From assembly GCA_000092065.1 (NCBI GenBank), contig CP000581.1: a stretch of DNA of 64,000 nucleotides. One strand, given 5' to 3'. Below are positions 50,118 to 60,954 of the stretch, piece by piece (position 1 is the stretch's first letter; each line of letters opens with the position of its first letter). Position numbers and translations under genes: made by a program. This stretch comes from Ostreococcus lucimarinus (Eukaryota). Under the pieces are notes generated by a model, which was not told the DNA's origin, ran no database searches, and saw only the letters and a program-made list of their open reading frames with translations.

Positions 50118-51164
50118 ATGCTCGTGCTGCCGCGAGACGACGACGCGAGCGACGCGGCGGACGCGCGAACGGCGGTCGCGCGCGCGTGGGGACGGACGTT
50201 GCGCGTCGGGACAGACGAGGAAAAGCTCGAGTGCCTGCGAGAGATGCGAAGACGCGTCGACGACGACGAGGAGTGGACGCGCGCGATCGGGTGCGTCGAT
50301 CAGAGCCTGATGCGCGTGATCGATGGCGATGGATCGTCGAGCGAGGTGCGAGCGAGCGCGTCGGAGGTGTTCGAGGCGTGCTCGAAGCCGCCGCCGGGGG
50401 CGGCGTGGCCGGCGTTCGGGCGCGCGCAAGAGGCGACGTGGGTCGCGGCGCACGTGGGCTCGCAGTGGCGGCCGTTGAGTTTGAGATTGCGCGTGCGAAA
50501 CGATCGAACGGTGTCGGCGATGGTCTGGCACAGTTGTTTAGTTCTCGGAAGATGGTTTTCAAGGGCCGAAGTTGCGCGATGGTTCGCGGACACGTTCGCG
50601 GGAGCGACGAGGCGGTTTTTAGAGATTGGTGGCGGAAACTGCATCGCGGGCATGGCGTTCGCGGCGCAGATCGGCGATGGGAAATGGGACGTAGTGTTGA
50701 CCGACGCTGACGCGGAAGCGGTTCGAAATACGATGTACAACGCGTCGAAGCAGGACAGTTTGCGAAATCGCTCGGTTCGATGCGAGACGCTCGATTGGAA
50801 CGCCGATGAAGATTTCTGCGCGCGACACGGCGCGAGAACGTTTGACGTCATCATAGGTACGGATGTCGTGCACGAAGAGTCCATGGCTCCCGGTGTGTTG
50901 CGCGCCCTCGATAGATACCTGGCTCCGGATGGACTCGCCATCGTCGTCAATCCGGCACCGCACTCGCGAGGGGGCGCGGCGAGCTTCCAGAAATTGCTCG
51001 ATGAGCGCGCGTGGCGCGTCGAGACGCATCACGGTATTTCTAATAGTATCCTATGCGTCGGGATTGAAGAAGAGTGTGAGGATGTACCGCTAGACTTTTA
51101 CGTCATCCGGCGCCGTGAGACAATAGACCTCGACCTGCCGCCGATGCAAAACTTGGGAAAATAG
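50118..51164 (+). CDS. Methyltransf_16-family (METTL21/EEF2KMT-like) putative protein-lysine methyltransferase.
   Basis: Internal Met of ORF 50013..51164. SAM-binding core [43 protein letters not shown]; DW motif in [10 protein letters not shown]. Confidence 0.5.
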   Translation: MLVLPRDDDASDAADARTAVARAWGRTLRVGTDEEKLECLREMRRRVDDDEEWTRAIGCVDQSLMRVIDGDGSSSEVRASASEVFEACSKPPPGAAWPAFGRAQEATWVAAHVGSQWRPLSLRLRVRNDRTVSAMVWHSCLVLGRWFSRAEVARWFADTFAGATRRFLEIGGGNCIAGMAFAAQIGDGKWDVVLTDADAEAVRNTMYNASKQDSLRNRSVRCETLDWNADEDFCARHGARTFDVIIGTDVVHEESMAPGVLRALDRYLAPDGLAIVVNPAPHSRGGAASFQKLLDERAWRVETHHGISNSILCVGIEEECEDVPLDFYVIRRRETIDLDLPPMQNLGK

Positions 51165-51220
51165 AATCTGTATATTAACAAATCGAGTTGCCTGTGTTGT
51201 ATTATTAACTTATTGTGTGT

Positions 51221-52759
51221 CTATGCCGCACCGATGATACCGATGAGCGCGGCTTGGATGAAAGGCACGGCGACAAGGACGCTGGAGATGATGCCGCTGA
51301 GCGCGTAAGCGAGCGCGCAGTACGGCAACGCATTCGGCTCGCTACCCACGAGCGCGGCGGTACCTAAACCGTGCGCCGAAGCCGCCGTAGCGAGACCTCT
51401 GGTGATCGGATCCTTCGCACCAACCTTGTTGAGAATTGGGATGCACAGAGAGCTACCGATGAGACCGGTGAGAACGACGCCTGCTGCGGTGACGCTCACC
51501 ATCTCCGGATGTCCCAAAAGCGTCGTGACCGGAATTGCCAGCGCCACGGTCACCGACCGCGGAACGAGCGCGGCAGTGAGCGCAGACGACAATCCGAGAT
51601 ATTTACCCGCGACTGCGGTGGTAAACATGGCAAACATGGACGTAGAGACGAGGCATCCGAAAATTTCGACGGCGTGTCGAGCGATGATTTTCCGCGCCTC
51701 AAACACCTTGAACGCAAAGCTCAAGATGACACTCCCCAGGAAAGTCATCAAGATATCGCCAGCGCCGAGACCGGCGATGTTGTTCAGTCCAAACGGAACC
51801 CCGGTGCGATAAAGACCGAGCATACCCATCCACCCGTCACCCGTCACGAGACCGAGCGCTGCCGCGTATACGTTGGCCAAAACCGATGTCGTCACAATCG
51901 GGTTCATCTTCGCCTTAACATCGGGACTGTTGCCGACAAGAAATGAACACACCGTGGCGGCGAGCATTGTCACCACTTTCGCCGAATTCGCGCCCGTCGC
52001 GAGAGCAGCGACGGTGGAGACGGCCAAAATTCCACCCCACATTTTGTAGACGTAATCCTCCGTCGGCGGCGCCGCCTTCGCGGGCGCCACCGGCAAAAGT
52101 GTCGTCCCAGTCATGCCACGAATCGCGTTCGCGCTCGTGGCACTGAAAGCGATCGTACTCACGAACCCCACGACGACGATCACTAAAACTTTCGCGATGG
52201 CGCTCGGCGCGATTTTCGTCAGCACCAACGGCGTCACAACCAGGCTCGGCACGTAAAACACCGGCAACCACGACGTAATCCAATTCAGCGCTGGACTCAC
52301 CGTGCTCTTCAGTTTATTAGCTGCGTCCTCGCCGACGAGTTTCTCCGTCACCATCAAAATCACCAGCGCCCCGAACATGCCGATAAGCGCGCTCGGAAAG
52401 CTCACGCCCGCGGCTTTCAGCCCGTTCTCGAGTCCTTTATCCAGCGCGAAGAGCGCGCCGACCGACGCGACGAGATGCGCGTGCTCGCGCGCCTCCGTCG
52501 CGCGCGTCGCGACGGATGTGCGCGCGTGCGGTCGTGCGAGCGGCACGACGCGCGCGGTCGCGCGTCTTCGCGGCGGCACGACAGTCTTTCGTTCGTCGCG
52601 TCCCAACGCTGGGACAACTGTCCCGAACGACGCGGTCGAGACGCGCGCGGACGCGTGCGGGCGCACGCCGGTCGTTCGCGCGCGACGAATCGATCGTGCG
52701 TGGGTGTTTACGCGCGCGGGTGACGCGAGCGTTCGCGCGAGCATGTTTAAGACGTTCAC
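51221..52759 (-). CDS. PLGG1: Fused LrgA/LrgB-family transporter (plastidial glycolate/glycerate translocator PLGG1-like) with a transit-peptide-like N-terminus.
   Basis: About 12 predicted TM helices. LrgB-like blocks MLGLYRTGVPFG and GHPEMVSVTAAGVVLTGLIGSSL. N-terminal 90 aa are S/R/A/T-rich. Confidence 0.7.
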   Translation of the reverse strand: MNVLNMLARTLASPARVNTHARSIRRARTTGVRPHASARVSTASFGTVVPALGRDERKTVVPPRRRATARVVPLARPHARTSVATRATEAREHAHLVASVGALFALDKGLENGLKAAGVSFPSALIGMFGALVILMVTEKLVGEDAANKLKSTVSPALNWITSWLPVFYVPSLVVTPLVLTKIAPSAIAKVLVIVVVGFVSTIAFSATSANAIRGMTGTTLLPVAPAKAAPPTEDYVYKMWGGILAVSTVAALATGANSAKVVTMLAATVCSFLVGNSPDVKAKMNPIVTTSVLANVYAAALGLVTGDGWMGMLGLYRTGVPFGLNNIAGLGAGDILMTFLGSVILSFAFKVFEARKIIARHAVEIFGCLVSTSMFAMFTTAVAGKYLGLSSALTAALVPRSVTVALAIPVTTLLGHPEMVSVTAAGVVLTGLIGSSLCIPILNKVGAKDPITRGLATAASAHGLGTAALVGSEPNALPYCALAYALSGIISSVLVAVPFIQAALIGIIGAA

Positions 52760-52845
52760 GCGCGATTGTGGGGAATCGCATTGGGGGCCTCAGTTGGTTA
52801 GCGACGAACCACGGCGAGCGAGCGTCGTTCGTGTATTGATTACAA

Positions 52846-55800
52846 TCAGTTGTTCTTGGACGTCACGCCCGGATAACCGCGCCAGACCTTGCCGATATCC
52901 GGGAACCATCCCGAGGCGGCGGGGCGAAGCGCGGGATGGGTGTAGATTTCGCCACCGAAATCTGTCGGCGGCGCCGCAGTGGCTTCGCTGAGAGGGACGG
53001 CCCAAGAGCTCGCGCTGCCGAATTCGGCGCGGAACTTTCTGTAGACCTTGAAGAGGTAATAGGGGACGGTGGCGTACAAAACGGCGCCTTGAATGTACGC
53101 CTGTTTGCTGAATAGCACGCAGGACAAGAACGTCTGGGCGACGACGAGAGACAGGATGACGAGCTGAGTAAACGTGAACCATACCGAACCGTTTGATTCG
53201 TATCCTCGCTCGTACACGTACAAGACGTGGTAACGCCAGATGACGAAGTTGGTGATGTAAAACAAGGCGGCGGCGAGTGGAATGAGCGGTGCGATGCAAA
53301 CGAATGTCAAACCAATGACCATGATGAGCATAAAGACGCCGGTTTCGCGACCCATGCGAACGGCTCGTGGAGAGTACAGACGAGTCTTGTCTCGCGACGT
53401 TCGCGCGCACGAGCCGCGTTTTTCGCACCAGAAAATATCAGCCGCCAGACAGAATGATCCCGGGTGGGGGAGCAACAGGCGCTGCACGGGGAGGTAGATT
53501 GCGCGGAAAACGATGAAAAGCAAGAAGAAATTGCTGCTCAGCGGCAAGACGCGACCAAATTGTAACTGTACCTCGTTCAACGAAACGTTGCTCGAGCTAA
53601 GCGTCGTCGTGAAGAGACTTAACGCGCCGCCAAAGATACCTCCAAGCAATACGTTCAACGCCCCCCACGCCCAATAGAAACGTAGAAATCGACGATCTGT
53701 AGCGGCTAACGATACATGAACGTTTTGTCTCTGCACCAAATACATCATGTAGAAGGAGATGACAAAAACTTCCCAGAGCGTAAGGATAATCGGTGGGAGG
53801 ACGCCCGAGATTATCGCGGCGTAAACCTTGGCATCATCCGAGCAATACCAGTCCAAAGCTGCCCCGCTATTGATAACATCATCTCCTTCGCGCACCTGAC
53901 ACACACTGGTCACCGCTGTCGCGAACATACCGGTCGGGAAGATCATCAAAGCTATGATGAAGGGCCAGATAGCGAGCGCTCGGGCACGGTTATCTGTCGA
54001 ATTGTGTAGAAGCGTCGGCCAATTGACGTCATCCGGACCGGGTGCGGGTAGAGCGCGGTATACTCTGTGCGACGCGCGCGAAATAACACACTGCGCTGCC
54101 GTACTCGCGGAGACCTGGTTTTCAAAGACTGCAAAGGCGCAAGGTCCCGGGGACCCTTCCCAAGTCGTCTTGCGCACGCAGATGATTGCCTCATCAATTG
54201 CTTCGAGCTGCGCTTCCAAAACCGCAACCTGCTCTGACAACGCGAGCTTACGCAAATTTTTCGGAGGCCTAAGCACATCGGCGAAAGCTTTTTTGAATTC
54301 TTTCCAGTTGTGGCCCAATTGCAATGTTCCTTTTTCAACCTCGCAAAGTCTCGTCCCAAATTTGTACGTCAACGCCTTCGGCGACTGCGTTTCCGGTATC
54401 ATGCCCTCGCGCGCCATTAACATCCTAATTCTCGTTATCATATTCTTACATTCATCACGGCTGTCCAAAAGCGCATCCGCTGGACGGTGATCAAAGATGG
54501 GTATTAAGCCTCTGAACTCATCGCCGTAAATATACTCGAGCGTCGCCTCAACTTCTCGCAAGCCGCGTACTCTCACCTCTTCGCCATTTTCGCCCATGGC
54601 TCGAACGAATGGGATATCGGTGATTAAAACCGTGTAGCTGGACGCCCAGACACTCACGATTTGATTCGTGTTCGTATCAAACGCGTTGACGGTGCGTATA
54701 CTGTCAACATCGGGCACCGCCGACGGAGCTTCTTGTAGATAATCGCCCACGCACAAGGACGCCCGCGTCACCGGAGACGTCGCGCTGAGAGGAGACTCTG
54801 GATCGTCGAATAAAGATGTCAGATTTCTCTTCGGCTCTTCGCCCTCCATCGTTTGTCGCTCTGGAACTTCTAGTGGTCGTCCATCAGTGCGAGGATTAGG
54901 TTTGGATCCCGTTCCTTTAAACTGGTGCGTAACGTCCAGGCCGACCCACCAATCGTGCGCGATCGATGTTTCGGCGCGAATTTGGACACCTTCACTGCCA
55001 CGGCCGCCGCAGCGAACGGCCTCGCCCGCGTCTTCGAGAGACTTTACTCTCGCGAGCGCTTTCTTCACAGCTGGAGTGAGCGCAATATTCTCCACAGGCA
55101 AGTCCTCCATCGTAGGCATTCGATTGTGTTTACCACGTCGCGGCGATTTCGTAGGGCTTACGAGCCAGGCCAAATTGTCAGCACTCCCTCGTTGATTGAT
55201 GACACCTTCCATGAGCTGCTTCGTGCCGATATCTTCGCGAGAAGTCACGCGGTGCATACCAGACGCCTGCGCCGCCTCGTGCTCTCGAAGCGTTTGACTA
55301 ACGGAAGCCGGCATCGCTCCCAACGATCCAAACGAACCCATCCGGAGCTTTCGTCGTTCTCTTCGTTTAGCAACTGCTGGCGGCTCTGAAACAGGCGGAT
55401 TGACATTCAGATCCAGGTCGTCCGAGTTTTCACCCGAAGTAAACGAAGTAAAGTGCCGTGATTCCGTCACCGGTCCCGGCTCTGTTTTGTTTTCAGGTTG
55501 TGAAGAAGCTTGACTCGTCGACGCCCGGCCGAGCGTCGGTGTTACAGGTACCGAAGGTCTCCGGGCCATTTGGCGATCGTCTGCGTCGGCAGATGCGGGC
55601 GACTTGAACAAAGTTCCAGCTCCCTTCAAGCCTTGCGCGACGTTGCCAACCTGCGGAGGCGTGAGTCGCCGCGCTGTCGGCCCACCAAAAGGCGATAGAT
55701 GAGGGGTACTCGCGAAAGGTGATATCTTCACCGTCGATGACGCTAGCGTATCGCCATATGCATGCGTGGGCGATGGCTCAGTGTCGAGCTCGTGCAAACT

Positions 55801-56685
55801 CTGACGCCGCTCTTTATCTTCAAGCCTCTTGTCTACGAGCCGTGTCGACGCCGCGCGAGTGAGCAACGACTTTGCCTTGTGTGAAGTTACGTCCACAGCG
55901 CGCTTCAACAAGCCTCTTTGCTCATCTTCATACTCGTCCATCGCCGCCAGCGCATCGCATGCCGCGTTAATGTCGTCTGAATTGGCACTTTTCATCTTGC
56001 GCAATTCATCGTCGTCGATTTCAGCTCCCGCCTGCGTTCCTTGCACGAGCAACTGCTCTATGAAGTTCGACGGTTGGTGCACCACTCGCCACAGATTGGT
56101 GTCGCCGCGAGTGGTTAAATAAAGTGTTCTAAGTACCACAAACGTCGCACTGTGCTGCTTCAGAAGCCAAGTCGTGTATAAGACCATCAACCACATCCCC
56201 ACAGTGTGCAACCAAAGCACGCCTTGCTTACCTGGTATGTTTGCCACCGTTGTTAAGATCAACCCGCCTGGCACTTCCGCAGTCGTGTTCACTTTCGCGA
56301 CAATATACTGTGCGTGTTGGCGCACCATATCGTCCCCGTTCACGTGAATAGGCAACAAAATCATCATTGAAAAAATCGACAACGGCACGAATAATTGTAA
56401 CCCGAACTGACACACGCGTAAAAACGCAAACGCATCCAGCCCCGCCGTCTGGATCAGCGTCTTATCGTCCACGCGCAAAATGTGCGGAATCCAACCAAAG
56501 TAGTATCGCATCACACGCTTAAACACGCCGTCTTTTGTCGTACCATCGCGCTTCCGCGAGTGAAACGGCGGCGGCGGCTTCGTCAAATTTCGCAGTCGCA
56601 ACCGTCCGAAATAAATAGGCATCACGTGTCGCATGCGTCCGAAGAGAAGCAACCCCAAGAACGCGATTGTGGCGTAAATGCCCAA
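52846..56685 (-). CDS. CSC1/OSCA/TMEM63-family calcium-permeable stress-gated cation channel (RSN1_TM, cytosolic PHM7 domain, RSN1_7TM) with a large low-complexity insertion.
   Basis: N-terminal TM plus YYFGWIPHILRVDDKTLIQTAGLDAFAFLRVCQFGLQLF, typical of DUF221 proteins. The C-terminal 7TM block contains FLRFYWAWGALNVLLGG. A roughly 400-aa Ser/Pro/Thr-rich insertion lies between the domains. Confidence 0.7.
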   Translation of the reverse strand: MGIYATIAFLGLLLFGRMRHVMPIYFGRLRLRNLTKPPPPFHSRKRDGTTKDGVFKRVMRYYFGWIPHILRVDDKTLIQTAGLDAFAFLRVCQFGLQLFVPLSIFSMMILLPIHVNGDDMVRQHAQYIVAKVNTTAEVPGGLILTTVANIPGKQGVLWLHTVGMWLMVLYTTWLLKQHSATFVVLRTLYLTTRGDTNLWRVVHQPSNFIEQLLVQGTQAGAEIDDDELRKMKSANSDDINAACDALAAMDEYEDEQRGLLKRAVDVTSHKAKSLLTRAASTRLVDKRLEDKERRQSLHELDTEPSPTHAYGDTLASSTVKISPFASTPHLSPFGGPTARRLTPPQVGNVAQGLKGAGTLFKSPASADADDRQMARRPSVPVTPTLGRASTSQASSQPENKTEPGPVTESRHFTSFTSGENSDDLDLNVNPPVSEPPAVAKRRERRKLRMGSFGSLGAMPASVSQTLREHEAAQASGMHRVTSREDIGTKQLMEGVINQRGSADNLAWLVSPTKSPRRGKHNRMPTMEDLPVENIALTPAVKKALARVKSLEDAGEAVRCGGRGSEGVQIRAETSIAHDWWVGLDVTHQFKGTGSKPNPRTDGRPLEVPERQTMEGEEPKRNLTSLFDDPESPLSATSPVTRASLCVGDYLQEAPSAVPDVDSIRTVNAFDTNTNQIVSVWASSYTVLITDIPFVRAMGENGEEVRVRGLREVEATLEYIYGDEFRGLIPIFDHRPADALLDSRDECKNMITRIRMLMAREGMIPETQSPKALTYKFGTRLCEVEKGTLQLGHNWKEFKKAFADVLRPPKNLRKLALSEQVAVLEAQLEAIDEAIICVRKTTWEGSPGPCAFAVFENQVSASTAAQCVISRASHRVYRALPAPGPDDVNWPTLLHNSTDNRARALAIWPFIIALMIFPTGMFATAVTSVCQVREGDDVINSGAALDWYCSDDAKVYAAIISGVLPPIILTLWEVFVISFYMMYLVQRQNVHVSLAATDRRFLRFYWAWGALNVLLGGIFGGALSLFTTTLSSSNVSLNEVQLQFGRVLPLSSNFFLLFIVFRAIYLPVQRLLLPHPGSFCLAADIFWCEKRGSCARTSRDKTRLYSPRAVRMGRETGVFMLIMVIGLTFVCIAPLIPLAAALFYITNFVIWRYHVLYVYERGYESNGSVWFTFTQLVILSLVVAQTFLSCVLFSKQAYIQGAVLYATVPYYLFKVYRKFRAEFGSASSWAVPLSEATAAPPTDFGGEIYTHPALRPAASGWFPDIGKVWRGYPGVTSKNN

Positions 56686-57177
56686 ACTACGTTTCGCGCG
56701 CGCGTCGCGCCTCGTCGTCAGTCGTTTTTTCGAGCGCGTGTCGAGTCAACGTCGGTAAAAGTTCGTTTAAACGCTCGTCCGTGTCCCAAAGCTCTCTCGA
56801 CGCGCGCGTCGCGTCGCGCGCGCGCGGCGCGCGGTCACGACGTGAGGTTGCCGCATTATACGCGTCATCACGCACCCAACGTATATATCGCGGTCGCTCG
56901 TCGCGAAACGAACGCATGAAGTTCCGCTGCAGCCACTGCCGCTGGACGCGCCGCTCATGTCGCCGGAAGACGACGGAGCGCGCGAGACGATGCGACGGTG
57001 CGAGCGTTAGATGCGCAGACGCGATGTCGTTCGGTTCGACCGCGGCCTGTCGGCTCGCGCGCTGCCGCGCGCGCGGACGTGTGCGGCGCATGTAGGGGCG
57101 CATGTAGGCGCCAGCTGGAGGCGACGAGGCGTGGAGAGTTGGTCCAAGTCAGTTGGATTCGTTCTACTAAATGTCTT

Positions 57178-60100
57178 CTAAGCCTCGGTCAAAGATAACC
57201 GAGGTGCTATGTTCATGGATTGCAACTCTTGGAATAAGAGCTTGCACGCGTACGGGAGCTTTAACGTCGCGACTTCGGCCTCAGTTTTGCACAGCGTGCA
57301 CGCGTTCCTGCGGGTGATGTGGTGCTGGAATCCGAGCAAGCCGCACTTGGTGCAGACTTGCGCTTCGAATTGATCGGAAGAGATCATCAAACGCTCCAAA
57401 ATAAGTTGTGATGCGCCATAACCGATGAGGCAATCGCGTTCCATCTCGCCGAGGCGCAAACCACCGTCGCGGGCTCGACCTTCGGTGGGTTGGCGTGTGA
57501 GGACGACGCGAGGACCGCGCGCGCGAGCGTGCATCTTGTCCTGAACCATGTGTTTGAGCTTTTGATAGTACACTGGACCCATGAAAACGTTGACTTCAAG
57601 CGCTTCGCCGGTGATTCCACAGTGAAGCATGTCCTTGCCTTTGTAAGAGTACCCGGATTCAACCAAGGTTTGTTGAATGGCTTCAACCGTGTCTCCACCA
57701 AACGCGGTTCCGTCGTGGAAGCGGCCGCTCTCGAGTCCAGCCTTACCGCCGAGAAGTTCGATCATCTTTCCGACCGTCATACGTGACGGGAACCCGTGCG
57801 GGTTCATGATGAGGTCAGGAGTAATCCCACGTTCGCTGAACGGGAAATCTTCCTGATCGAGGATGATGCCGCAAACGCCTTTCTGGCCATGACGAGAAGA
57901 AAACTTATCACCAACTTCTGGTCGACGCGTCTGACGCACGAGCGTCTTGATATTGAATTGCCCTTCATCCGTCATTGTGAGTAAGACTTTATCAACAATC
58001 GCCGATTCACCTGCGGGACCTTTGTATGAAAGCGGATTCGAGCGATACATGGTGTCTGGCATCGCGTGCGGATTCGCCATCGGATCCCGAGTGTTCACCG
58101 GCGTTTGCTTGTTGACATAAATGTCACCAGGCTTGATGCGACCACCGACGGCGGCGATGCCATCATCATCTAATAAGTGATGTCGACTATTTTGGTTCGC
58201 GCGATGATCATCTTTGGGCCCGACGATTCGGTCCATGGTTCTATTGCTATACTTTTTCACCTGCGCAGAGTATTTGCGCAACACCGTGCACCGGCCAAAA
58301 CCTCGGTCAAGAGACGCGCGATTCATCACGATGGCGTCTTCGATGTCGTACCCACTATACGACATCACGGCAATTGTCGCATTTTGACCCGCACCGAGAC
58401 GATCATAGCCTATTAACTCTATGGTCTTTGTCTTGACGATTGGCTTTTGCGGGTATACGAGCAAGTACATCAACGTGTCCATTCGGTTTAATTGATTGAA
58501 CGCAATATTACCCATCGCTTGCTTACCCATGGCGCATTGATATGTATTTCGCGGTGACTGATTGTGATGAGGATACGGGATGATGCCAGCACAAACGCCA
58601 AGCAAAGTGAAAGGTTCAATCTCCAAGTGCGTCGTCTCGTCGTTCACCTCGTCTTCGTACAACGCAATGTACGAATTGTTCTCTTCATTCACGTCCAGGT
58701 ACTCGACTAATCCTTCGCGTAGGAAATCATTGAACGTACGATGACCATCTTTCAGCTCGTCGAGATGTTCTTGAGTCAGTAAAGGCTCACCACGCTCGAT
58801 GATGATGAGTGGTCGACACACTCGTCCACCGTCTGAAGAAATGTACACGCATCCATCCGCAGTGTACACAGAAACGAACTCACCAATTCGCCCCGCCCGT
58901 CGCAGCTTTCTAAACGCGTGCGAGAACGCTTCGGGTTGCGCGTGCACGCCGAGCAGGGAACCGTTCATCAAAACGTGCGCACCAGACGGCGAATGCATCT
59001 CACCGGCGTTTAACCACGTAAGCGGTTCTACACCGAGCGCGTGTGCTAAACGGCGAAGCGGCTCCTCCTCGTCATCCGTCGTGACGTGCGTCATCAGCGC
59101 CAAGTTTTTTACGAGCCCGCATGACTCTCCTTCGGGAGTGTCACTCGGGCAGAGCATCCCCCATTGACTCGGTTGTAACGCCCGCGGACCGGAAACCTTT
59201 CTGGTCTTTTCAAACTGAGACGTTATGCGCGTCATCATACCGAGCGCGCTGATGAAACTCAGTCGACTCAGCACTTGAGTCACGCCTTTTCGTTCCATTC
59301 TAAAACGCTTTACCGTCCAGTTACCGCTCGAAATTGCGTGTTCCAGGCCGTTACTCAGGGTGTCTTGACGAATGCACTTTAAGATGTCAAACTGCGTCGC
59401 ACGATTTGCTTTGGAAAGCACGGCGTCGGCTTGTCGCTTCAAATCAGCGTTCAAACGTTTGAAGCAATCTTCAAACAATAGGGCAATGAGCTGACCGGCG
59501 AGTTCAAGACGCTTGTTACCATAGTAGTCCTTGTCATCGATCTGCGTCGGGTCGAGCATCGCGTTCAGAATTCTGCGAACCATGATGGAAATGTAAGCGC
59601 ACTTTTGCCTAAAGTCATACGACGTCACGGGCACGTGTGCGAGTACGACGCCGGCAAGAATGTCGCGCGCTTCATCTACGCGCGATCTACCGAAGTTTCG
59701 CACACCCGGTCTATTCGTCATGTGCGTCTTCACCACGCGCACCTTGTTCGCGCAATACTCTAGCGCCTGCTGCGTAGTGAAAACTCCAGCTGCTTGACAC
59801 TCCTGTAAAGTCGGCCCCAAAAGCATCGCGTACGCTGGTTCCGATCCGATCATTTGCACCGCTTCTTGATCGCTCTCCAACCCCATTGCCTTGAGAACGA
59901 TCATGATTGGAATGTCGTCCGCAAACGTGTTGTGTCGAAGGTAGAACTTTCCGTGCTTGACTACGATGTTTGTCTTACTCTTCCGTTCGTGCGTCGACGA
60001 AGTCACCGATGCCCCAATCTCTCCTTTGGCGTCGACTTCTATGATAATTCTATTCTTGCTCAACTGCTCTTGAATCAAAATCACTTTCTCCACGCCCTTG

Positions 60101-60696
60101 ACGATGAAGTATCCACCCGGATCCAACGGACACTCCCCCAACCTCGCCAATTCGTCCTCATTTTTTCCGGTCAACACACACCGCGAGCTTCGCAGCATCA
60201 AAGGAATCCGTCCAATAACGACGCCACCCACACCATTCTTCGCCTGACGCGTCACGATCTCCTTCCCACGCGTGTACTCCACATCCACCGTAATCGGCGC
60301 CGCGTACGTCATGTCTCGCAATCGACACTGCTGCGGCGTTATTTCCTCCACCACGTAATCTTCCTCCACGCTCGGTCGTCCAACGTGTATATTCGTGTAC
60401 TTCAGGTAAAAGTTTGGATCACTATCGCACGTCACTCGCTCGTTCGCCTTGGCGTGAATGATTTTTTTGATCTCCTCGTTCACCAGGTAGTTGAACGAGT
60501 CGATGTGCTGCCTGACCAGCCCTCTCACCTTGAGAAACGCCGGCAGGAGCTCGTATTTATCCTCCAACGTCGCGATCGGAGCGGTGATCTTCGAGGGGTC
60601 GCGCGTGAGGCAGTCCATGGCGCTCGCATCGCTCGCATCCGGCGCTCGCGCGCTCGATTTGCGCGGCTTTTTCGCGCCGCCGCCGGTATTCGTCAT
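57178..60696 (-). CDS. POLR3B: DNA-directed RNA polymerase III second-largest subunit (RPC2). Start taken at Met 81 of ORF 57178..60936; Met 107 (60618) is an alternative.
   Basis: Near-identical blocks to POLR3B: [74 protein letters not shown], and the C-terminal zinc ribbon CTKCGLLG...CTLC. Confidence 0.85.
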   Translation of the reverse strand: MTNTGGGAKKPRKSSARAPDASDASAMDCLTRDPSKITAPIATLEDKYELLPAFLKVRGLVRQHIDSFNYLVNEEIKKIIHAKANERVTCDSDPNFYLKYTNIHVGRPSVEEDYVVEEITPQQCRLRDMTYAAPITVDVEYTRGKEIVTRQAKNGVGGVVIGRIPLMLRSSRCVLTGKNEDELARLGECPLDPGGYFIVKGVEKVILIQEQLSKNRIIIEVDAKGEIGASVTSSTHERKSKTNIVVKHGKFYLRHNTFADDIPIMIVLKAMGLESDQEAVQMIGSEPAYAMLLGPTLQECQAAGVFTTQQALEYCANKVRVVKTHMTNRPGVRNFGRSRVDEARDILAGVVLAHVPVTSYDFRQKCAYISIMVRRILNAMLDPTQIDDKDYYGNKRLELAGQLIALLFEDCFKRLNADLKRQADAVLSKANRATQFDILKCIRQDTLSNGLEHAISSGNWTVKRFRMERKGVTQVLSRLSFISALGMMTRITSQFEKTRKVSGPRALQPSQWGMLCPSDTPEGESCGLVKNLALMTHVTTDDEEEPLRRLAHALGVEPLTWLNAGEMHSPSGAHVLMNGSLLGVHAQPEAFSHAFRKLRRAGRIGEFVSVYTADGCVYISSDGGRVCRPLIIIERGEPLLTQEHLDELKDGHRTFNDFLREGLVEYLDVNEENNSYIALYEDEVNDETTHLEIEPFTLLGVCAGIIPYPHHNQSPRNTYQCAMGKQAMGNIAFNQLNRMDTLMYLLVYPQKPIVKTKTIELIGYDRLGAGQNATIAVMSYSGYDIEDAIVMNRASLDRGFGRCTVLRKYSAQVKKYSNRTMDRIVGPKDDHRANQNSRHHLLDDDGIAAVGGRIKPGDIYVNKQTPVNTRDPMANPHAMPDTMYRSNPLSYKGPAGESAIVDKVLLTMTDEGQFNIKTLVRQTRRPEVGDKFSSRHGQKGVCGIILDQEDFPFSERGITPDLIMNPHGFPSRMTVGKMIELLGGKAGLESGRFHDGTAFGGDTVEAIQQTLVESGYSYKGKDMLHCGITGEALEVNVFMGPVYYQKLKHMVQDKMHARARGPRVVLTRQPTEGRARDGGLRLGEMERDCLIGYGASQLILERLMISSDQFEAQVCTKCGLLGFQHHITRRNACTLCKTEAEVATLKLPYACKLLFQELQSMNIAPRLSLTEA

Positions 60697-60954
60697 GCCG
60701 GCGGCGATGTCGTCGATCGTCGCGTCGCTCGCGCGCTGTGACGGCGCGCGACTGCGCACGGCGCGGCGAACGGTCGATCGATCGCGTTCGGTGCGCCGCG
60801 AAGCGCGTCGGGCGTCGCGGCCGACGATCGAGGCGCTGCGAGGCGCGGTATGACGCGCCGCCCCAGAGAGCACAAGCCTCGAGCGGGACGAAGGCGGACG
60901 CGAGGCGAGGCGAACGGCGCTTCGAGATGCGAGCAAAGACGCGCGAGGACGTGA

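Noticed and set aside
60697-60936. An 80-aa Ser/Arg-rich, presequence-like N-terminal extension on the RNA polymerase III RPC2 ORF.
   Set aside because: A nuclear polymerase subunit should not carry an organelle presequence, and the homology to POLR3B starts after Met 81 / Met 107. The extension is most likely open 5' UTR.
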